A DNA stretch of 64,000 bases, from contig OZ244197.1 in assembly GCA_965216785.1 (NCBI GenBank), positions 64,001 through 128,000 of the forward strand. Direction: 5' to 3'. Below, piece by piece: positions 41,029 to 50,744 of the stretch. Made by a program: the position numbers and the translations under genes. The stretch comes from Thermodesulfobacteriota bacterium (GTDB lineage: Bacteria > Desulfobacterota_D > UBA1144 > Nemesobacterales > UBA2774). The notes under the pieces were generated by a model. That model ran no database searches, was not told the origin of the DNA, and was given only the letters and a program-made list of their open reading frames with translations. Positions within the stretch are counted from its first letter, which is position 1. Every line of letters starts with the position of its first letter.

Positions 41029-41835
41029 ATGAAAAAATCAATCCTATTATTGTTAATCGTTTTAATACCAACATTTGCTGTTAGTCAGACGGCTGAAGAG
41101 TATTTTGATTTAAGTCTCAATAAAATTGATAATGGTGATTACTCAGGAGCAATACAAGACTTAAACAAGGCAATAGAGCTTAAACCTAATCAAGATGCAT
41201 ATAGCAATAGAGGACTTGCTAAATCTAAATTAGGTGACAATAGAGGTGCTATTGAGGATTATAACAAGGCTATAGAGTTAGACTCTAAATTTGCTCCGGC
41301 TTATAATAATAGGGGTATGGCAAAGGGTAACCTAGGGGACTACAGTGGTGCAATACTGGATTACAATAAGGCTATAGAGCTAAACCCCCAATTAACTGAT
41401 GCATATGCTGGTAGGGGTGATGCTAAATCTAAATTAGGTGACAATAGAGGTGCTATTGAGGATTATAACAAGGCTATAGAGCTAAACCCTAAATTTGCTT
41501 TAGCATACTACAACAGGGGTCTAGCTAAAGCTAAACTAGGTGACTTTAAAGAAGCTATACAGGATAATAACAAGGCTATAGAGCTAAACCCCAATCTTGC
41601 TTTAGCATACTACAACAGGGGTCTAGCTAAAGCTAAACTAGGTGACTTTAAAGAAGCAATGCAGGATTGGAATAAGGCTATAGAGTTAGACCCTAATCTT
41701 GGTTTAGCATACCTTAACAGGGGTGTCGTTAAGTTAAATAACGGTCAAAATGAATCCGCTTGCCAAGACTTCTCTAAGGCAGGTGAGATGGGTATTAGTC
41801 AAGCTTATGATGTTATAAAGCAATACTGCCAGTAA
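41029..41835 (+). CDS. Secreted TPR protein
   Basis: SQTAEEYF, KAIELNP repeats with ~60-nt identical DNA duplications, ACQD...YCQ cap. Confidence 0.9.
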   Translation: MKKSILLLLIVLIPTFAVSQTAEEYFDLSLNKIDNGDYSGAIQDLNKAIELKPNQDAYSNRGLAKSKLGDNRGAIEDYNKAIELDSKFAPAYNNRGMAKGNLGDYSGAILDYNKAIELNPQLTDAYAGRGDAKSKLGDNRGAIEDYNKAIELNPKFALAYYNRGLAKAKLGDFKEAIQDNNKAIELNPNLALAYYNRGLAKAKLGDFKEAMQDWNKAIELDPNLGLAYLNRGVVKLNNGQNESACQDFSKAGEMGISQAYDVIKQYCQ

Positions 41836-41859
41836 TAATTAGAAATTAAAGAATGCACG

Positions 41860-42081
41860 ATGCTGATAATATTTAGGATAATTTCAATTCCATTTTTCTT
41901 GTTAGCATTCCTGAAATGGATTACATATAATCCTGATTGCAACCCATTTCTAATTGGCGGATGCGGGTTATTAGATATAGGTATTAGTGGAACAATTGCT
42001 ATGGTCATAAATTGGGTAATTATTGTCGTTCTACTTGTAATAGGGGTTTGGTTATGGGATAAGGGGAAAATAAAAAGTTAA
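41860..42081 (+). CDS. Small membrane protein
   Basis: Two TM segments. Confidence 0.5.
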   Translation: MLIIFRIISIPFFLLAFLKWITYNPDCNPFLIGGCGLLDIGISGTIAMVINWVIIVVLLVIGVWLWDKGKIKS

Positions 42082-42098
42082 AGAGATTAGAAATAGAG

Positions 42099-43346
42099 AT
42101 GGGAATAGAATGGAATAAAAATTATAATGAGCAACAAATTAAAGTTTTATTAGAAGAAGTGCAAAAAATAAGTTTGAGTCCACTTACACTTGGTATAAAT
42201 TCAGTTATTTGTTCAGCTTTAAAATTCAATGATGAAATTTTTCGTGAAAAAGCTGAAGAACTTGTCATCACTGCAATAAATAATATTGGTAGGAGAAATA
42301 TTAATAGAAATAACATTTTAGTTGAATTGGATAAGTTACAAGGGGAATATATTAGAAAGGCAAAAAAGAATTATCATATAGCCACAAGTATTTCTCTTGC
42401 TACTCAGGACAATATTAATAGTATAAAATGCGATAATGTAAAATTTGATTTCTACAAAACATTCCCTAAGAAATACAAAAGGCAAGCATACTTAAATGAT
42501 AAAAAGCATATTATTAATAGTGTGCTACAAAATCCAAATATCCCTAATAACTACTCGCCTATTATCATTAAAGTTAGAGCTAGAACAGGAGTAGAAGCGG
42601 GTAAAATAGCCTTAGATTACTTAGATTTCATTATTGGAATCTGGAATTTCGCACTGAATTTTCCCAAAGGCCCTACTATGCATTTCAAAGAAATTAAACA
42701 AAATCCAATTAATACAGTACTAAAAGGGCCAATCCATACTATTCACAAACAAAACGGTGATATAGATAATGAAGATTTATTTTTTTATGAAGATGACTAT
42801 TATGGACCGATTCAACCTACTTATATTAATAGTAGGAAATTTCAAGAGATAAAAAATACCGAAATGAGAATTAGGAGACGTCTATCGATTAATAAGAAGT
42901 GGGGTTTAAAAATCAGAGACTCTCTAATTAGATACTCGAGAGCACTTGAAAATTATAATTACTCATATTGTTTCTTGCAACTTTGGAATATTCTGGAATT
43001 TCTTACACGTGCAGAAGAAATAGGAAATCATACAATTACTGTTAAAAAAACAGGGAATTTATTCCATAAAGACGAAGCCGAAATACAAAGAGCTTTGATA
43101 GATTTCCTAAGAATTACCAGAAATTCATTAGTACATTCAAGTCAATTCCAATCAGGTGTAAAAAAGATGGACATCACACATCAGCTCAAATTTTATGTTG
43201 AAGAATTAATCCGGTATCACTATGCAGCAATTAAAATTTTTGATAATTTTAATCAAGCTCTCAATTATTTAGATTTGCCGTATGACGAAAAAGAGATTAA
43301 AAGTAGATTAAAAGTCTTAAAGGTATTTTCTAAAAATAGATTGTGA
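42099..43346 (+). CDS. ApeA-like HEPN-domain protein
   Basis: YSRAL...FLQLWNILE and RNSLVH (R-x4-H). Confidence 0.65.
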   Translation: MGIEWNKNYNEQQIKVLLEEVQKISLSPLTLGINSVICSALKFNDEIFREKAEELVITAINNIGRRNINRNNILVELDKLQGEYIRKAKKNYHIATSISLATQDNINSIKCDNVKFDFYKTFPKKYKRQAYLNDKKHIINSVLQNPNIPNNYSPIIIKVRARTGVEAGKIALDYLDFIIGIWNFALNFPKGPTMHFKEIKQNPINTVLKGPIHTIHKQNGDIDNEDLFFYEDDYYGPIQPTYINSRKFQEIKNTEMRIRRRLSINKKWGLKIRDSLIRYSRALENYNYSYCFLQLWNILEFLTRAEEIGNHTITVKKTGNLFHKDEAEIQRALIDFLRITRNSLVHSSQFQSGVKKMDITHQLKFYVEELIRYHYAAIKIFDNFNQALNYLDLPYDEKEIKSRLKVLKVFSKNRL

Positions 43347-43649
43347 CCTGTATACTGCTCCTCTTTTGTTAAGCCCAGTTATAGTTGGAATTATTAAGAA
43401 TGCGAATGCTTCCTAGCTATTATGACAAGCTCCTGCATAGGGTTTTCTGTAAAAAATCTAACTTAACTTATGGTCCTACTAAGGAGGGTGGCAGGTCAGG
43501 GGTTTGACAATAAAGCCTATAGACTATGTATCTGTTTCTAAGTAATTTTTTAGAAGCAATGAGAAAATGAGAAGAGTCATTCTGTATATAGTATTATTTT
43601 TTTGTAATCTAGCTTAAACAAATGAATAAAGCCTATGTTTATTAGGTTA

Positions 43650-44266
43650 TTACTGGCAATACTTCTTGATTAAATCATAGGCATCCATATACCCTAGCTC
43701 ACCCGCTTTAGACAGGTCTAGACAGCCAGAATCTTTTTGACCTAGATTTATTTTAGCACCAGCTCTGTTGTAGTATGCCAGTGCACCTTTAGGGTCTAAC
43801 TCAATAGCCACGTTACAGTCTTGTATCGCTCCTCTGTTATCACCTAGATTTATTTTAGCACACACATTCTAGAGTAATCGTTAGCAGCCAGAGCATCAAA
43901 ATTAGGATTAAGTTCAATAGCTTTTTTACAATCCTGTATTACTCCCAAATCGTCACCTAAACCTGATTTGGAAATAGCCCTAATTTGATAAGCTAACATC
44001 AGGAATAAATTATAGTAATCAGTAATATTAGGATATGGATAATCTATTATTATTTGCTCAACAATATCAATCGCTTTGTTGCAGTTTTGTATTGCTCCTC
44101 TGTAATCTTTTTTTAGAGACATTCTTATTGCACTATTCCTTAAACGTGTGGCCTAGATTTCTTTGTCCCGCACCTCTTCTCTTATTATCTGGAATTGTTC
44201 AATAGTCTCGGCAAGAGCTAACTCAAGTGTTATCAATATCAATAAAAGAAGGATTGATTGTCTCAT
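43650..44266 (-). pseudogene. Disrupted secreted TPR paralog
   Basis: ATG 44266 with signal peptide; in-frame TAG at 44153-44155; frameshift in a (TG)n run near 43860-43868; GCLDLSKAGELG...YCQ cap. Confidence 0.8.
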
Positions 44267-44448
44267 ACTTATCCCATTATATTATTTTCTCTCTTAATTG
44301 TTATCCCACAGTCTTCTCTGGTTCTCTCTAGCATCCGCTCTGCTTCTGTGGACAGCTCCTGATATTTGATAATGTACTGCCCCCCATAATAGGTCCATAA
44401 GTAAAGTTTGGTTTTAGAAAAATGGAGCGGTACAAAAACTGATGTGCG

Positions 44449-44486
44449 TTGACTATGTTAGAATATGTAAGTATAATATACTTACA
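44449..44486 (+). promoter_or_regulatory. sigma70 promoter with overlapping palindromic operator
   Basis: TTGACT-17-TATAAT; perfect inverted repeat TGTAAGTATA-A-TATACTTACA (44466-44486). Confidence 0.7.
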
Positions 44487-44699
44487 GTGACAGCAAAAAG
44501 ATTAAGAACTAAAATGTTTCAGGTTTGGCTGCATCCGAAAGAGTATGAGTTTCTAAATACATATGCCAAAGAAAATATGATGACAGCGTCCGAGATAGTA
44601 CGCGGATGGATACACGAAGTCATGAAACGGGAAGGGCTTGTGATTAAGGAGCCTTCTCTTCCGGAGCTCTCAAAAACTAAAAAGGGGGTTAAGAATTAA
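44487..44699 (+). CDS. Ribbon-helix-helix (CopG-like) regulator coupled to the integrase
   Basis: KMFQVWL..KEYEFL..YAKE..MTASEIVRGWI; its stop overlaps the int ATG. Confidence 0.65.
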   Translation: MTAKRLRTKMFQVWLHPKEYEFLNTYAKENMMTASEIVRGWIHEVMKREGLVIKEPSLPELSKTKKGVKN

Positions 44700-45772
44700 T
44701 GGGGAGTGTATATCTGAGAGGTAATTCATATGTAGGCCAGTATAGAGATAGGGGCAGAATAGTACAGAAGACATTAGGGAAAAAAGGGGTAATTACAAAA
44801 ACAGCAGCTCGGGCAATTCTAGCGAAGCTGGAGGAAGCAGTCATGCTGAAGAAATACGACTTGCTCGATGCCGATATTCCCACCTTGAATGAATTTGCAA
44901 GTGAATATATTAAACATGGCAAAGAAGTATTAAAGAAGAGGTCATGGGAACGTGACATATATGGATTAAGACAGTTCAAAGAACACTATGGCAATCGCTT
45001 ACTTTCTGAAATAACATCTAGGAACATAGATGATTTCAAGAAGATTAGACTTAAAGCTGTCTCAACTGGTACTGTGAACAGGGAGCTACAATGTATTAGA
45101 AGTCTCTTCAATCTAGCTAAACGTTGGAAAAGATTTTTTGGTAATAACCCAGTTAGCGAAGCCAGACTTATACAGGTTAATAACCAAAAAGAGCGCATAC
45201 TTTCAAAGGAAGAAGAGGATAGACTTCTGGCACTCTCTAATCCTTACCTCAAGCCGATTCTGATTACAGCTTTAAACACTGGTATGAGGAAAAATGAGAT
45301 ACTTACCCTAAAGTGGACAAATATTGACCGAGATACTAGTGTGATAACACTGGAACATACCAATACTAAAACTAAAACAACTAGGCGGATACCTATAAAC
45401 TCCGTTCTTAGAAAGCTATTATTAGAGCAAATGCTTAAGTCAGGTGGTAATGAATTTATTTTTCTTAACCCGACGGGTAATCCATATAAACGACATGACT
45501 CAATTAAAGGAGCATTCGAAAGACTTTGTAAAAAGGCTGGTGTAACAGGACTCCGTTTCCATGACCTTAGGCATACCGCTGCGACTAGAATGATAGAAGC
45601 AGGAGCGTCTATTGTGGCCGTGAGTAAAATTCTTGGACACTCAGATATTAAAATGACTATGCGTTATACACATCCCGATACTTCCCTAAAAGAAGCCGTA
45701 GAATTGCTGACAAAACCTATTATTTCCGAGCCAACTACTGACATATCCACTGACAATGAAGAAATGGGTTAA
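44699..45772 (+). CDS. int: Tyrosine integrase of element B
   Basis: GMRKNE, HDLRH, LGH and RYTH catalytic residues. Confidence 0.95.
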   Translation: MGSVYLRGNSYVGQYRDRGRIVQKTLGKKGVITKTAARAILAKLEEAVMLKKYDLLDADIPTLNEFASEYIKHGKEVLKKRSWERDIYGLRQFKEHYGNRLLSEITSRNIDDFKKIRLKAVSTGTVNRELQCIRSLFNLAKRWKRFFGNNPVSEARLIQVNNQKERILSKEEEDRLLALSNPYLKPILITALNTGMRKNEILTLKWTNIDRDTSVITLEHTNTKTKTTRRIPINSVLRKLLLEQMLKSGGNEFIFLNPTGNPYKRHDSIKGAFERLCKKAGVTGLRFHDLRHTAATRMIEAGASIVAVSKILGHSDIKMTMRYTHPDTSLKEAVELLTKPIISEPTTDISTDNEEMG

Positions 45773-45802
45773 TGTGCTCCGAACGAAAGTGCCCGTAAAA
45801 AG

Positions 45803-45880
45803 TGGTCGGGGTGGCCGGACTTGAACCGGCGGCCTCTGCGTCCCGAACGCAACGCTCTAGCCAATCTGAGCTACACCCCG
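45803..45880 (-). tRNA. tRNA-Pro(CGG), intact, CCA encoded
   Basis: CGGGGTG TAGCTCAG...GCGTT CGG GACGC...GGTTCAAGTCC...CACCCCG ACCA cloverleaf. Confidence 0.97.
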
Positions 45881-46553
45881 TATTAAAGACTCAATATTTT
45901 ACCTAGTAAACATGACTTTTCTAGGCCAATTAAGACTCTATAGTTAGACAATGGTAAGACACCATAACCTACTATATTTCCTATGTAAGTATCTATTATA
46001 ACATAATATTCTCTATAAAGATAGTACTAGACACTACTAGAACTAGACTCATTTGAGTACATATTTGACTTGGCTAGTCAATAAGTTTCCTTTAATCTTC
46101 TACTATATTTAGAGGTAAGAGAATAGTGTCTCAGAGTGTTATAAACACTCATAATAGTAGGACTAATGGACTCTATATGACTATATGGTAATAATGGTGC
46201 TAGTCATAGTCTACAGTTGTACTCATAGAGCAATATTGGCTACTATAGACCCCCCTAGAAGACCCATAGGGGTACCTCTACACCACACAATATTCCAGCA
46301 TAGTACTCTTATGTGACCCCCATGATAATGAGGCTAGCTAAGTCCCCCACACACATATAAAATTATCAATAGACCCAGCTAGAAACATATATGACAATAT
46401 GCTCTTTTACTGTTCCCATAGTAAACATGAGAGCAGTTGGGCTTATGAATAGTACCAATAAATAATCCAACTTAAACTATGGAACTAATACCAACATCCG
46501 AACAATGACGATAATAGCTATTTTCGCTGCAGTCTTTCATTATTTTGACACTC

Positions 46554-46745
46554 TCAATCGATTGAAAAACAGTAACCAGATGGTTCAAAGTTCTTCTTGC
46601 CACATACACAACCAGAACCGCACATTGAGTGAGAAAAACACTTACCGGTAAAGCAGATACCAGCGAAGCAAGGCTTTGTCATATACACATAACCGGATAC
46701 TGCAACTGCTATTATAAAAACTCCAATCAAAATATATTTAATCAT
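46554..46745 (-). CDS. Small secreted Cys-rich, knottin-like peptide
   Basis: GGAGGT RBS, hydrophobic leader, C-x4-C-x5-C-x3-C-x-C-x10-C. Confidence 0.65.
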   Translation of the reverse strand: MIKYILIGVFIIAVAVSGYVYMTKPCFAGICFTGKCFSHSMCGSGCVCGKKNFEPSGYCFSID

Positions 46746-47375
46746 TATGCACCTCCATTTATAAGTGTTAAAGCCTACAATAGCCTATTATACATATATC
46801 TCCGTTTTCCAGAAAGCTGTATACTTTGATATACCAACTCAGCCTTTAGGAATATTCTCTTATAACTAGTTGATTTAGCCGTCTCCGACCTGTTATCCAA
46901 TTCTGTCAACTTGCATAAAAAAACTAATAATATCTTTATATTACGTATCCATGTCCACTATACGAGGGTCTAGTACTTATATTAAATATTGACCCTAGAA
47001 AATTACCAGTGATGAGTATTACGTAACTTACTCATATCACTGCATATTATCATTTAGGCACATCTATAATTTGCACTATGAGTCATTTACTGAGAAATAG
47101 TTGCTATAGACCTACAGAGATAATGGTTCAATTGAGACCTATCCACCCCATATCCAAGTGGATAAACTGTCACAAACACTAATACATAGTATATACTTTC
47201 TATTGTATAAATACTACAAATTACCTATTGACATTTGATAGATTATCAGGTTCAATGGTTTTTAACAAGACGTAGAATTATAGACCTAAACATAAATCAA
47301 GATAATCCAATGATAATAGTATCTTAGACCATGGTTTCGCAGATAGATCAATCTATGGCTCTGGAGTGATTAATA

Positions 47376-49643
47376 ATGAATGAATTAGAACTCAGTAGGA
47401 TAGATGATTCCAAGTACAATAGTGTAATAACCCCAGTAAAACGTGAAAAGAAGATACATGAGAACCCACTTATAATAGGATTTGATGCTAACTTATATCC
47501 TTATAAAGGAATGTTTCAGTATCTATCTCTGTCTTTCCATGTTGATGGGGAAACCAGAAGGTACTTTGCCAACGATATATATTATCCTTATAACACACCG
47601 CATACATGCAACGGTAAATACACTATAAAACTTCTTTCAGATTATATCTTTCATTTCCTTTCTGAACTTAAAATTGAATATGATTCAGACTGCATTTACC
47701 TCATAACCCATAATGCAAATGATGAATTAAGCCATTTTGATATATCTAAGAACTACAAACTAAAACCTATAGGTAAGGGTTTATGTTTAGAAGGCACAAT
47801 TAATAACACACTTCTAAATAAAGATCTCAAGCTCAGAATAATTGATATTTATAGCCTTATAAATAAAAGTCTCAAAGATATAGGCAATTATATAGGTATA
47901 CATAGAGTCACATGTAATGAGTTGTTTGAAAGACTTAAGGAATTGAGATTTGAGAATTTAGACATAAGCCAATTATTTGATGACGATATATTCGGGAATG
48001 ACTGCTTAATGGATGCTGAAATAACTTTTGAGGCATTCACGAGACTCAGGTTATTCTTTGTAGAAAATCATAATGTAGACATGCTCAACTTCTATTCACT
48101 CCCCTCACTAGCTGGATACATATTCCAGAGAGATCATATTAATAAACCAACTGTAAGATCAAAAACTATTAAAGAGGCTAGGAAGCAAAAGAAAACTCTT
48201 TCAGATGGTGATGAAAAATATTACGATGTTCCTCAGAAAAAAGAGATATTCAATGGTGATCTTAATGTTAGAAAATGTTCCATGTTGGCCTATCATGGAG
48301 CAAGGATAGAAACTTTCTGCAGAGGCCGGTTTGAAGACAAAAGACTCATATATTACGATGTAGATTCTCTATATCCTTCATCTTCCATACTACAGCCATT
48401 ACCAGTGGCTAATACTAGATGGGTTAACTACAATAAAAGAAACGCTGAAAAGTTTCTTAACCAAGCTGAGGGTTTCGTCGAGGTAGAGTTTAGCTATTCA
48501 CCTGAAACATTTTATCCATGCCTGCCTGTGTCTGGTCTAAGGGATAATATTCTATATTTCCCCCTATCTGGAATAACTTACTGCACTATTTCTGAGCTTA
48601 GAATGGCTATTAAGCTAGGTCTCAGTGATTATATGATTCTTTCAGGTTATTGTTTCTATCCTACCAAAAGAGAAAAGCAACACCCCCTAGCCAGCTTCAT
48701 GAATGACATGCTTGAGAGGAAGCAAAATTCTGAGAAGGGAAGTCTTGAATATATCATGTATAAAATGCAAATGAACTCCCTTGTTGGCAAGCTGGTACAA
48801 AGGGATAAGAACAATGAGACATTAGGAATGTTACATGAAGGCAGTATTTCCAGGGATGTATATGGGAGGGTTGATAATTATAGGAAAGCCAAGGTCGGTT
48901 CTCTGTGGTATCCGGAATGGGCTTCTCTAATTTTAGGAAAAGCTAGAGCCTTAATGTCTGAATTTATATGTAAGGGCACATATTTTATCTCCTCTGATTC
49001 CGTATTGTTACCAAAAGACATAGATATAAATTGTGATTCACTGGACGAATTAAGAAGTGTAGGAAGCAATCTCAGGAAAGAACATGATGTTGACCATGGA
49101 CTAATCATAAGAGCTAGATTGTATGCTCTAAATCCTCTAAATGAAAACCCTAGGCAAAGACATTTAGCTAGGCATGCTGTATCGTGTAAACCTGAAGAGT
49201 TTCGGAATATTATGATCGAGGGATATAAGACTAGAAACATTCCTGACATGTCGTTCACTTCTAAGAAAGCTGTTAAGTATGAAAAATCCATACTAGAAGG
49301 AAAACATTTAAACTCTATGGAAAAGAAGGAATCCAGTATTGAAATAAAATGGGATGGAAAGAGAAGACTATTTAAGGAAGTGGAGAATCCATTCTGTGAC
49401 TTTAGTTGGAGTAGAGCACTAGATGCCAAGGAAGTAGAAAACAATGATATGAGAAGACCTCCTAAACTGAAACCTGGAAGAAAGCAAGGTAAGAAGCTCG
49501 ATACTCCAAAGAAAAGGGACATTGTTAGACTATATAAGGAAGGCAAGAAACAAAAAGAAATAGCTAAGGAATTGGGTATATCCAAAGGATATGTAAGTAA
49601 GGTGTTCAAAGAATTTAATTTGAGTTATCGGGACTTGAACTAA
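47376..49643 (+). CDS. Family B DNA polymerase, piPolB-like, with C-terminal HTH
   Basis: YHGAR.E, DVDSLYP, P.LPV...LYFPL.G, KxxxNSLVGK.VQ, SSDS, WDGKRR; C-terminal KQKEIAKELGISKGYVSK. Confidence 0.85.
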   Translation: MNELELSRIDDSKYNSVITPVKREKKIHENPLIIGFDANLYPYKGMFQYLSLSFHVDGETRRYFANDIYYPYNTPHTCNGKYTIKLLSDYIFHFLSELKIEYDSDCIYLITHNANDELSHFDISKNYKLKPIGKGLCLEGTINNTLLNKDLKLRIIDIYSLINKSLKDIGNYIGIHRVTCNELFERLKELRFENLDISQLFDDDIFGNDCLMDAEITFEAFTRLRLFFVENHNVDMLNFYSLPSLAGYIFQRDHINKPTVRSKTIKEARKQKKTLSDGDEKYYDVPQKKEIFNGDLNVRKCSMLAYHGARIETFCRGRFEDKRLIYYDVDSLYPSSSILQPLPVANTRWVNYNKRNAEKFLNQAEGFVEVEFSYSPETFYPCLPVSGLRDNILYFPLSGITYCTISELRMAIKLGLSDYMILSGYCFYPTKREKQHPLASFMNDMLERKQNSEKGSLEYIMYKMQMNSLVGKLVQRDKNNETLGMLHEGSISRDVYGRVDNYRKAKVGSLWYPEWASLILGKARALMSEFICKGTYFISSDSVLLPKDIDINCDSLDELRSVGSNLRKEHDVDHGLIIRARLYALNPLNENPRQRHLARHAVSCKPEEFRNIMIEGYKTRNIPDMSFTSKKAVKYEKSILEGKHLNSMEKKESSIEIKWDGKRRLFKEVENPFCDFSWSRALDAKEVENNDMRRPPKLKPGRKQGKKLDTPKKRDIVRLYKEGKKQKEIAKELGISKGYVSKVFKEFNLSYRDLN

Positions 49644-49741
49644 TCACTATTTTATCTTCAATCTATCTTCACAATATGAGTCTAGTATATGTATCTAAAT
49701 ATAAGTTTGAAAAGTAGTGTGAATTTCTATAACTTAATAAT

Positions 49742-50521
49742 ATGATTTGTAAATCGGAACAATGTGGAAAGGAAATACCCAATAACTCAATATATTGCCC
49801 ATCTTGTGGTCATATTGTTGGCAACCAACCGCATAAAGTAATAGATGTAATTTATAGAAGTGGTATTTCAGAATTTAACGAAAATACAAGAATAAATCTA
49901 ATATTTAGTAGACATGATGTAGAGTTCCAAGAAAAACCCAAACTAAGTTTCCTAACAAATAAATTACACGAACCCAAGTATGTACTTTCTATAGATAATA
50001 TTAAAAGTGTCAAATTTTATGGAAGCACGGGAACAACTGCAATTAATACAGCAAACGGTGAAATAGTACTGTCAGAAAGACAATTTAGACTTTATGAAAT
50101 TTTTAGTCAATTATCAAATATTCCTTCAGATACTGTAGATGAGATTAAATCACCTCCATCGGATGCACCAGATTTACTTAAGTTCGTATGTATATCCCTA
50201 ATACTATTATCTCTTTTTGGCCTAAAACGATTCTTTAATAATGTAGGTAAAATTGATTTTAGCGATAATGCAAGTTTTGTATTAGGATTTTTTCTGAGCT
50301 TGCCAACTTTTATTTTGTTGATTCTGTCTTGCTACAAAATATTGCGAGGAAGAAAATGGGCATCATATTGTGCTCAAGTACTACTTGCCTTTTTTATATT
50401 GATAGCTTATCTAGAGTTTAAACTATCCCTTTTGGGAATATTAATAATCATAATCATATCAATTGTAATCTTTTATTTGAATACAAGAAAAGTAAAAGAC
50501 TATCTAAGGGATAAAAACTAA
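49742..50521 (+). CDS. Zinc-ribbon membrane protein
   Basis: N-terminal C..C...CPSCG; four C-terminal TM segments. Confidence 0.7.
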   Translation: MICKSEQCGKEIPNNSIYCPSCGHIVGNQPHKVIDVIYRSGISEFNENTRINLIFSRHDVEFQEKPKLSFLTNKLHEPKYVLSIDNIKSVKFYGSTGTTAINTANGEIVLSERQFRLYEIFSQLSNIPSDTVDEIKSPPSDAPDLLKFVCISLILLSLFGLKRFFNNVGKIDFSDNASFVLGFFLSLPTFILLILSCYKILRGRKWASYCAQVLLAFFILIAYLEFKLSLLGILIIIIISIVIFYLNTRKVKDYLRDKN

Positions 50522-50545
50522 TTAAGCCTGTTTGTTATGGATTGA

Positions 50546-50731
50546 CCTAAATTTTATAAGTCCTTACAGTTCGCTAATTCAGTTAGAGCTAAATATCCTG
50601 AAGCATACTTCCGTAGGGGTATAGAACGAATAAGCATCAGTCAGATAGAAACTAGCTGTCTAGATCTCTCAAAATCAGGTGAATTAGGATTTTTCCAAAC
50701 CTGCGATTATATAAAAGAAATATGCCAATAA
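50546..50731 (+). pseudogene. Remnant of the TPR-family C-terminal cap
   Basis: Start-less frame KYPEAYFRRG...SCLDLSKSGELGFFQTCDYIKEICQ*, homologous to the TPR caps in element B. Confidence 0.7.
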
Positions 50732-50744
50732 TCAAAACTACATT

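Larger units (their letters stand above)
33273..45850. mobile_element. Element B: ~12.5 kb satellite-like island
   Basis: 48-bp direct repeats; integrase next to the tRNA; ACTGACA-N5-ACTGACA arm repeats at 33460-33478 and 45737-45755; xis/helicase core. Confidence 0.9.

Noticed and set aside
44153-44155. TAG recoding (pyrrolysine or alternative code) in the TPR gene
   Set aside because: The same gene also has a frameshift and other genes end normally in TAG, so pseudogenisation is simpler.
28059-45772. Complete prophage
   Set aside because: No large terminase, portal, capsid, tail or lysis genes.
47376-49643. Casposon or Polinton-type protein-primed element
   Set aside because: No Cas1, terminal protein or terminal inverted repeats; a tyrosine integrase with tRNA direct repeats fits pipolins.
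33644-50731. Diversity-generating retroelement acting on the TPR paralogs
   Set aside because: No reverse transcriptase and no template/variable pair with adenine-specific mismatches.
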